Assembly: GCA_002794465.1 (NCBI GenBank)
Contig: MTSL01000190.1
Span: forward strand, 20,124-52,123
Direction of reading: 5' to 3'
DNA length: 32,000 nucleotides
DNA from: Paramicrosporidium saccamoebae KSL3
Taxonomy: Eukaryota > Fungi > Cryptomycota
Positions 9,270 through 17,253 of this stretch are shown in pieces (the first letter of the stretch is position 1; each line of letters opens with the position of its first letter). The notes below the pieces were generated by a model. It was not told where the DNA came from. It did no database searches and saw only the letters and a program-made list of their open reading frames with translations. The translations under genes were made by a program, and so were the position numbers.

Positions 9270-10814
9270 ATGGAACGGCGGTGGCAATTCATTCTTACAC
9301 AATTCGTCCTGCCATTTCTGGTGGGAGTGGGGATTGCCGTGGTTATAGTAACATGGCGGACGAACGTCCCTCGGCACGATGATGAACCGGCCATGATGGC
9401 ACAGCCGTCAATGATTATTGAGCCAATGGCCCAATTCGAAGAGCTCAAAGTGGAGGAGGATCAGCAAATTGCAGCCGAACCAAAGATTGAGGAGGAGCCT
9501 GGACCAGCCGAGTTTACGCCAATGAACACACCTCCTAAGCCCGACGATGCGGCGAAACGAAAACTGCGCGCAGAGCGAGCCGCCAAGGGCAGCTGGACCT
9601 GCCGACACCGCTCCACCAAGTGGCTTGAACAAAACTCGCAGTATCTCCCATCCGAGTTACGTGAATATCTCCAACGGTACAACCGACTTCATGACAAGTC
9701 GCTGAAAGAGTTGTCAGTCGAAGAGGCTTTTCAGACCAGCCTGACGAGTGTCAAAAATAATGTGCGATATATAGTATGGCGGCCGGTAGGAGAGGATTTG
9801 GCGGGACAGATTCTTAGTCTCACCTCTGCCTTCCTGCTAGCATTACTGACCGATCGAATCTTGCTCATCAATCTTCCCTATGTAAGACTATTCTTCTGCG
9901 AGCCATTCACGCGCTCCTCCTGGATCTTTCCCCAGAAACACCTGGCAGATTTAAATAATTTCACAGTGATGCGAAACGCCTTGCAGACGCGCACTTTACT
10001 GCGGGTTACGCGTCTCAAGCTCAAAGACGGATTCCAGGATGACGACTCGATCTTTCTAACTTGCAATGGAAACCTCAAGACGATGATAGCGCATTCCCAA
10101 ATCCTACTGGTCGAGTCACCAGTTGGATTTGTGGAATTATTAGCTGCAAATCCGTCTCATCGTAACCGTCTCAACCACCTGTTCCAGGATCGTCCTATCT
10201 ACACTCTTCTCATGCACCATTTGCTGCACCCATCAAACGACATGTGGTTCCGGATTATTGACACATATCATGTGCACTACACTAATGATGTTGAGCGTCC
10301 CTCCCGTCTCGGTGTCCATTTGCCCGTTGTTGGAACTGACGCGGTTGAATCCTTCAAACTCCGCCACAAGATGCAATGCGCCCTCCGGAAGCATATCGAC
10401 TTGCCGACCACACAGGGCCGCATTATCTACTACAGTCCCTCAGGGCCGACCAACGACCCCCGATTGTGGGCAAAGAGACAGCTGAGTATTCCGATGGGAT
10501 ACAAATTGGTGACGTCAACAGCAGAGAATTCCAAAAAGGGCTACCTGGGCGACTGGCGACGGCTCCTCACAGATATATGGATGGGTAGTTGGACGCATGT
10601 ATTTGTGATAGGCGAAATGACTCAGGCGGCACTGGCGACGCATTACTACCGGGCAAAGGAGTCGTGGGTACTGGAGCAACAAGCCGAGGGAGAGGATTGC
10701 AACTATGTTGCAATGTCGTCTGCATACCTACTGCCAGTGCCTGAAAATTTGACTGATTGTCCAGCCTTTCGGCAAGAATGGCGTGCCAAATACAAAAAAG
10801 TCAAATCTCAATAA
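9270..10814 (+). CDS. Type II membrane glycosyltransferase resembling plant xyloglucan fucosyltransferases (GT37), 514 aa
   Basis: N-terminal TM plus a Pro/Glu-rich stem. PSELREYLQRYNRLH, RYIVW...ILSLTSAFLLALLTDRILL, FCEPF..SW..P and HLLHPSNDMW match recalled FUT1-family blocks (KYVVW...RILSLASVFLYALLTDRVLL, FCEPF, YLFHPTNQVW). Confidence 0.75.
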   Translation: MERRWQFILTQFVLPFLVGVGIAVVIVTWRTNVPRHDDEPAMMAQPSMIIEPMAQFEELKVEEDQQIAAEPKIEEEPGPAEFTPMNTPPKPDDAAKRKLRAERAAKGSWTCRHRSTKWLEQNSQYLPSELREYLQRYNRLHDKSLKELSVEEAFQTSLTSVKNNVRYIVWRPVGEDLAGQILSLTSAFLLALLTDRILLINLPYVRLFFCEPFTRSSWIFPQKHLADLNNFTVMRNALQTRTLLRVTRLKLKDGFQDDDSIFLTCNGNLKTMIAHSQILLVESPVGFVELLAANPSHRNRLNHLFQDRPIYTLLMHHLLHPSNDMWFRIIDTYHVHYTNDVERPSRLGVHLPVVGTDAVESFKLRHKMQCALRKHIDLPTTQGRIIYYSPSGPTNDPRLWAKRQLSIPMGYKLVTSTAENSKKGYLGDWRRLLTDIWMGSWTHVFVIGEMTQAALATHYYRAKESWVLEQQAEGEDCNYVAMSSAYLLPVPENLTDCPAFRQEWRAKYKKVKSQ

Positions 10815-10868
10815 AGCGATGCAAACTGTGAGATAGTATAACTACGAGCCAGGGATACGAACAGGTAC

Positions 10869-11023
10869 TGTTGATGGGTCTCGTTTTTATTAAAGTATAT
10901 AGCTTCTTTATAGGTAACCATTCCGAATATAACCAAACTGGCCTGTGGGACCGCCACCTGAGTCGGACTCGCCAATAATAAGCGGGTGCTGTTTAACAGG
11001 GACCTTATAACCTCACACCAACA
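10869..11023 (-). mobile_element. Possible second-family solo-LTR-like remnant, 155 bp
   Basis: Ends are TGTTGATGGG...CACACCAACA (imperfect inverted repeat). Minus strand has TATAAA followed by AATAAA near the end. Flanks GTAC/GATC are not a perfect TSD. Confidence 0.3.
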
Positions 11024-11138
11024 GATCGGCTACATGATGATGCGACGACCTACGTACAGAAACAGGAAGCGAGAGCTATGTTTATTGGGGTAGAGTGTCT
11101 TTTCTAGGGCGGTTTTCACCGATCATGCTCTGACTAGA

Positions 11139-11265
11139 TATGACGTGACATGACATGTCATGATATTATATTATATTATATCACTATTATACTATTTTGA
11201 TATTCCAATATTCCACTATTTCACTATTTTGATATTCCACTATATCACTATTCCAATATTTTACA
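11139..11265. repeat. Low-complexity microsatellite tract (TGACA, ATATT, TATTCCA/CACTAT units) upstream of the LMBR1-like gene
   Basis: Visible runs such as gacgtgacatgacatg, atattatattatatt and tattccactat. Confidence 0.8.
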
Positions 11266-11342
11266 GATTCGCCGTGTATCAATAAGTAATGCCTGCAAAC
11301 ATATGGACATAGTATCTGATTGGTCAGTAATGCTGCGATGAG

Positions 11343-13184
11343 ATGAACAGTTCAACAGACGAATTCTATGAATCCAGCCGTCGTGCCGTTGCCGTCCTGC
11401 TGCTCTTCTGGCTTTCTTATGTGCTTGCCTACACCATAATGGCCTGGGTCATTCTCCCATCGCGGCCGTATAATCCATTGTCTCGGAAGCGACGTTCGAA
11501 TTTGTCGCGACTCATGCTGTTGGGGCGACCGGAGCGGAGACCGCGCTCACTGCCCCCCGCCAGGACAAATAGACACTTGAGGACGGCTAGTCTGCGGGAC
11601 ATTGCAGAAAGTGAAGGAGACCACAGTCTTTGTGATGTGGACAGTCTCTCGCGAGCCAGTGACACTGACGCTGGTTGGGGAGATGAGTTTCGAGTGTCTT
11701 CGGGAAGCGTGGAGGCATTATCGAGTCGTCACATTTTGTCCTCGTTTGCACCGGAATACACTGCCGCTGTCTGCGGCTTGGCGGTGGTGATTCAGGGCAT
11801 CTTGTTGGTGCCGGCTAGTTTGGCAGTGTTGGCAGTGGTGGATGGAATGCCCGAGGCACAGCGGCTTTTCCATGGAATATTGCTTCGATGGTGGCATTGG
11901 GCCTGGAATGCTGCATTGATTCTTATATTTGCAGCATTACCAGTGTCATCAGCTTGGATAGAAGGTCGTGGTCGGAGAGACGCACCGATTCTAAAGAAAC
12001 TCTCTATACTGTGCTACCGACTCGTTGATGGAATTTCCCGATGGGGTCTTCTAAAGCCTCTGCTCCTCGGCATCGCCATGATATTTTTTTACCTGCTGGC
12101 AGTTCTTTTGGGCTTTTTCAGTCCCATCAACTTGAACGAATGGGCCATCATCCTGAACATTGCCTGTATAGGCACAATATCACTTGCTAGTTTGGTTTGT
12201 ATCCCATTGGGAGTGTCAACCATCTTTCGCAATATCTTGGCCCTTGATGTTGTTCCTGGAGGCTACCGTGAAGCTACGGATCAGCTGGTCGAGTTGAAAG
12301 AATTGAAGGAGCAAATATTGTCCATTGAGACTACACTTGCTCCCCAAGGTACGCTGCGAAGAAATGCGTCCATGCCAATGGAACTCACCCCCGTCTCGTC
12401 AAAATCGCTTCGGTCCAAGCTGATAGAATTGCGATCTAGGTCGTCCGAGCTGCAAAGTCAGCTCCCATATGGTAGTAGATCAGGATGGCGAAGAATGGGG
12501 GTTGCGCTACTTGTCTTTATAATTAGTCTTTCCTTGGCGTTCGCTATTTATGTCGAGGTCCGCTGCTTTATCCAGTTTATTGTTACTAATCTGCTTTGGT
12601 ATATACCAGGTGTCCAACTTGTGGATCGTCTATTGTACCAGCTGGCCTTGCTTGTTGGTCTTGTTCATGTTCCTAGCGTCGAGACTCGGCCGAAAAGGAT
12701 AGACGTCTACTCATTGATCATTTCCGCCTGGATGAGCCTGATGCTTATGACTGTGCTGTTCATTGGGTTACGACGGCTCGTGAGACGTCGCCTCAAGAGT
12801 GTGCACATAATCACTGCACAGTTTTCGTTGCCCAGACGGACATTGGACAAGTTTATAGCTCCACTGATGATTGGGTTGGCTTCTACGATTCTCTTTGTTC
12901 CACTGCTTTCCTTGTCGGGAGCGACGGATTACATTGACTCTCAGATTACTGCTGGGGACCGGATTAACAGCTATGTTTCACCTCTGGCCAGCGTATTCCC
13001 TCCGCCATTACGGAACCTCTTTGGTGCCTTGCATCATGTCGTGTTTCTGAGATTTCCCCTGCTCGTCTGGCTGATCATGGCGTATCGAGGGTTATTGATT
13101 CTGGTCCTGGTGGGAGTCGGTACTCGATCCGTCCGTGCCAGCATCCAACTGCTTGTCGACAAGTCCAAGTCACATATAGAATAG
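11343..13184 (+). CDS. LMBR1/LIMR-family multi-pass membrane protein, 613 aa
   Basis: FYESSRRAVAVLLLF..Y, AVCGLAVVIQGILLVPASL and WNAALILIFAALPVSSAWIEG parallel recalled LMBR1 blocks. Central coiled-coil loop between TM bundles. Confidence 0.65.
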   Translation: MNSSTDEFYESSRRAVAVLLLFWLSYVLAYTIMAWVILPSRPYNPLSRKRRSNLSRLMLLGRPERRPRSLPPARTNRHLRTASLRDIAESEGDHSLCDVDSLSRASDTDAGWGDEFRVSSGSVEALSSRHILSSFAPEYTAAVCGLAVVIQGILLVPASLAVLAVVDGMPEAQRLFHGILLRWWHWAWNAALILIFAALPVSSAWIEGRGRRDAPILKKLSILCYRLVDGISRWGLLKPLLLGIAMIFFYLLAVLLGFFSPINLNEWAIILNIACIGTISLASLVCIPLGVSTIFRNILALDVVPGGYREATDQLVELKELKEQILSIETTLAPQGTLRRNASMPMELTPVSSKSLRSKLIELRSRSSELQSQLPYGSRSGWRRMGVALLVFIISLSLAFAIYVEVRCFIQFIVTNLLWYIPGVQLVDRLLYQLALLVGLVHVPSVETRPKRIDVYSLIISAWMSLMLMTVLFIGLRRLVRRRLKSVHIITAQFSLPRRTLDKFIAPLMIGLASTILFVPLLSLSGATDYIDSQITAGDRINSYVSPLASVFPPPLRNLFGALHHVVFLRFPLLVWLIMAYRGLLILVLVGVGTRSVRASIQLLVDKSKSHIE

Positions 13185-13330
13185 TTGTAATATTATTTAG
13201 TATATAATGGAGTCTCGTCCAATTCCAATTGTAGGATGACTGCGTGAGTGCGTGAGTGGGTATATTTACTGGTTGCAAATTACGGAACAGTAATAATGAA
13301 TTTTTACTACATCCTCAAATCCAAACTTTA

Positions 13331-15075
13331 CTATTTTGTTATGGAAAGACTTCCAAATTTGGAATTCCAGTCAAGATAAAGATCCAGATCGGCAGTGGAG
13401 ACGCTGGCACGCACTTGAGTCATGGCATCTCGGAAATCGTGAATCAAAATGGATCTGACCTGATCGGCTGCTACCTCCATAATGTTCTCGATGCTCCGAA
13501 TGGGTCCCAGCGCAGCCTCGCGACACAGATTGTCTACATCTGCGCCTGAATAGCCGTCCGTCTTGGTGCATATTTCCTCCATATGTTCATTGCTTAGCTC
13601 ATGGCGTTGGGAGGCCAGCAGAGTCTGGACAATAGTGAGACGGGCCGGCGCGTCAGGAAGTGGAATGTATAATCGCTTGACCAATCGTCGCCGTGCTGCC
13701 TCGTCCAGTTCCTGTGGTCGATTAGTGGCACCAATGACCAAAATTCGATCAGCATCTGAGGTGGCCGCTCCATCGAATTGGACAAGAAATTCCGTCTTGA
13801 TGCGACGCGATGCTTCAAATTCGCCATCGGTGCGCTGTGTCAGTAACGAATCGATTTCGTCAATGAAAATGACACTCGGCTGCATTGCCCGAGCACAGGC
13901 AAATAATGCCCGCACCAACTTTTCGCCCTCTCCCACCCATTTGGATGTTAGGGATGAGGCGCTGATGCTGAAAAAAGTGGCCTTTGCCTGACTTGCTATG
14001 CACTTTCCAATCATTGTTTTACCGGTTCCTGGTGGGCCGAATAGCAAAAGTCCCTTTGGAGGACCGCGCAGTCCCACGAAAATGTCGGGACGGAGCATGG
14101 GCCAAATAACAATCTCTTTGATTGTCGTTTTGGCATGTTCAAGACCGGCAATCTGCGACCAGGTGACCGTGTCCACGCGATGGATAATTTCGTTCTGAAT
14201 TGTCTCCAACAATTTTGGATCAATACTTCGCAGACGTGGATCAACGTCACTATCAGCGGGCTCAGTTGGCTCTGGCGGTTTTGGAGGCTCCACCCGGACA
14301 CGCTTACTGAGCCCCACCGGCTTCTTGGGCGCTGAAGAGGCCGTTTTTGCTGCGGGAGCAAGCCGTCCCATCTATATACATCAGTTATCCATTGACAATA
14401 CCATTTGGCCTGCAGTCTGAAAATCATTTCGACCACTTGATGGCGCAGAAGTGTTTGAGGAGGGAGCATTTTCCTTGATCGAAGCAGGAGTACTGTCCCT
14501 AGACATGGTGGGTGCATTATCCCTCACTGAAGCAGAAAGGGTCTCTCTTGACGGAACTGAAAAATTCCTCAAATTCCTCAGACTACTCGAGTTACTCGGA
14601 TTACTCGGATTATTCGGATTACTCGGATTACTCAAACTATTCACAGCTCTTGAACTACCCACATGACTCATAGATTTTGGCTCAATCACTTCGGGCTTTA
14701 GCAGATTTTGATAATATGCATTCAGCTGCCCTATACAGGCGGGAGTATCTGGATGTATCTATTGTCAAGACGTGACGCATTATTTACCAAGCTCTCAATC
14801 GAATCAAATGACTCTCCAACGTCGGGCGCAACACTAGAGCGGTTCTCAAGCGACAACACCTTCATCAGTGCATCCTCCAGTGTCCATTCTGTGGCAGCAC
14901 AGAGATTGTCATCTGCGCATAAAAGTAGACTTTGTTGTATCAAAGCCTCTAATGATTCTGGAGCGCATTTGTCTGTCCAACCATCCAACGAAAAGTCGAG
15001 ACCATTCTCTGTATCAATGCGGTCCTGGTTGGCTTCCAGCTCTGCATACACTGCCCTCCTATACTGTTCCTCCAT
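13331..15075 (-). CDS. FIGNL1: Fidgetin-like 1 AAA ATPase, ~561 aa; exons 15075-14788, 14758-14402, 14371-13331
   Basis: [55 protein letters not shown] is typical of FIGNL1; Walker B IFIDEID. Introns 14787-14759 (29 nt) and 14401-14372 (30 nt) keep frame. Confidence 0.92.
14584..14633. repeat. 9-bp coding minisatellite (TACTCGGAT x5.5) encoding NPS/NPN repeats in the FIGNL1 linker
   Basis: Units start at 14584, 14593, 14602, 14611 and 14620. Confidence 0.9.
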
Positions 15076-15272
15076 GACCGAAAAAGTAAAGTTTATATAT
15101 CATAATAATTCGAGGCCATTCGATAATGCCATGTCCTAATAATCCGAGACCAGTCAATACACATTCTATTGTCATGTCATGTCATGTCATAATAATTCGA
15201 AACGATTAGATGATATCAGGCAAAGCATTAGACATAAGTAGGTATTATTCTACCGGACTATAATGCTACTAT

Positions 15273-15613
15273 TTAGTTAAACTTGCGTCTGAACTGGGTT
15301 CCATCAACAAGACGGGCCTTTCCACCGGTGGGGTGGCACAGAACCTGGTTGCAGCTCGGGCAGGCAACTACAGTCTGGGCGTGGCTGAATACGGTCGTGA
15401 TATTGAAGCATCCTTGGCACTTGACATCCATAAAGTACGAGTTCGGGCCCTGCACCAGGCGCTTCTTCTTGTGGGTGGTCTTGACCGTCGCGGGAAGCGG
15501 GTTCAACAAATCCACAACAAGCTAAGCGGTTAGAAACTGTATTATGGGGGAAACGGGAGCGCAGAGGCCGCGGTTAGATGGATGGAAGGGTGGGGAACGG
15601 TACTTACAGTCAT
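15273..15613 (-). CDS. RPS27: 40S ribosomal protein S27 (eS27), 84 aa; exons 15613-15608, 15521-15273
   Basis: DLLNP...[20 protein letters not shown]...C..C zinc finger. ATG ACT|GTAAGT...CTAACCGCTTAG|CTT gives [10 protein letters not shown]. Confidence 0.97.
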
Positions 15614-15645
15614 GGTCACTGAGAGGACCCTGGTCGCGGAGCTAG

Positions 15646-17146
15646 ATGAACCTGAGCTGGAGACAGTTGCTGCTGTGCGGCACCGTGGTGGCTGCGACAG
15701 GCATAATAGGATATCGTCTATTGACGACCGCTCAAGTGCATGCAGAGAAGAAGGTAAAAGAAGTCAAGACTGCGGGAAAGGCTCATAAAAAAGTCAAGCG
15801 TCGTGCCAAACCAGAAGCCACTGGGGGGGAGACGTTGCCCGATGGGTTAGGTGACATGCTGGGAAAGTGCGAGCTTTCAGTCCCTGAACTGCTCAACCTT
15901 TCTCCCGAGGAAAAGCAAAATGTATTCTACGCTTTGCTAATGAGAGGGGAAATGGTCATGTCAAAGGGTCCTGCCGAGGTGGAAAAGGCCTTGGACTACT
16001 TTTCCAAAGCCGTATCGATAGTTCCTAATCCTGGTGAGGTTGTCGCTGCATTTGAAAATACTCTCCCACGGCCCATCTTCAATGCGCTTTTAGACAGGAT
16101 TCAGCGCGACATTCAAGTAAAGGTTGGAGAATACTTTGCTGGACTGCTCCCAACAGATAGCAAGGCTACTTTTGCAGAGACGCTGATAGCCGAGCCGGGA
16201 GCTGAACATCCCTCAAAGGTATGGGTTCCTAATGCCACCGACGATGTAAGTGTTGGGACGACTCTTTGGGAGGAACATGCAGACGTGGTTGCCCTCAATG
16301 TGGAGGCAAAAGGCGAGCACTGTGAGCATTGTTTAAGGAGCTTGCATGGGACCCACGTCGGATGTCCTGCCTGTGACCAACCACTCTACTGCTCTCAGCC
16401 CTGTCAGATCAAGTCGGCTGAAGTATACCATGCGTACTTTTGCAAGGCACCAAACGCAGTATACAGCGCCATGAATGAGCTGCGCCAAGTCTGCAAGGAA
16501 AATCAGTCATCACTTGCTTTGCTCGTGTTGCGATATGTTGCCTTCCTGCTGAGCGAGGAACTACGTGGCAATGGAGCTGCCAACAACGGCCCATTTGCCC
16601 ATTATGACCATTTGCGACCAGTGTTCAGAGCACCAAATGACATTGATCGCACCGAGGCCAAAATATTACGAGAGATTTTTTCATCCACGAACAAGAACAT
16701 TGTTGAATGTACCCGACCTGGGATGGCAGCTAATTCTGTAGTTTTAAGCGATGATATTTACACTTCAATGAAGGCAACTATTGCCAGATGTGTCATGTCC
16801 AGTTCAACTGACGATGCACTTTCTCATATGGTATACTCCCTACGGTAAATTCACGTTTTAGGAGTGTCGCAATCTGAACGATTCTCTCCAAGCATTATCC
16901 TTTTTCCACGTCTCCGCCCACATACCGCATTCTTGTGATCCTAACGCTATGGCTATTCGCCCCGTTGCTGGTAGTCTGCGAGTTGCAGCTCTTAAGAATA
17001 TTTCCAATGGCGAAAAGTTGACCATGTCATATTTGCCATTCGCCGAGGGCACTTCCACTGCCGAGCGACAGCTGCACCTGATGCGCATATTTGGAATCCA
17101 CTGCCAGTGCAAATTGTGCACGGACGATCTTCCCATCCCAGCTTAG
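15646..17146 (+). CDS. Tom20/MAS20 receptor domain fused to an SMYD-type split SET-MYND domain, ~478 aa; probable introns 16709-16741 and 16831-16861
   Basis: N-terminal TM, a basic linker and Tom20-like helices (EEKQNVFYALLMRGEMVM...ALDYFSKAVSIVPNPGEVVAAFENTLPRPIFNALL). MYND finger CEHC...CPAC...YCSQPC...H...C. After splicing: PHSCDPN, GEKLTMSY and post-SET CQCKLC. Confidence 0.85.
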
Positions 17147-17162
17147 TGAATGCAACAATAAA

Positions 17163-17228
17163 TTCTTGTAGAAAGAACATGGTATTCTTGTAGAAAGAAC
17201 ATGGTATTACTGTAGAAAGAACATGTCC
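17163..17228. repeat. 22-bp tandem repeat x3 (TTCTTGTAGAAAGAACATGGTA) immediately upstream of RPC1
   Basis: Units start at 17163, 17185 and 17207; the first two are identical. Confidence 0.95.
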
Positions 17229-17253
17229 ACGGCTTCCGGGGTGGGTGGTGAAG

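Noticed and set aside
9192-9377. N-terminal extension of ORF 8484..9377 overlapping GT37
   Set aside because: It would overlap the GT37 start antisense; ATG 9191 gives a cleaner start.
14696-14736. 41-nt alternative intron 1 for FIGNL1
   Set aside because: The 29-nt intron 14787-14759 has a better donor (GTAAAT), a branch point at the usual distance and a typical size.
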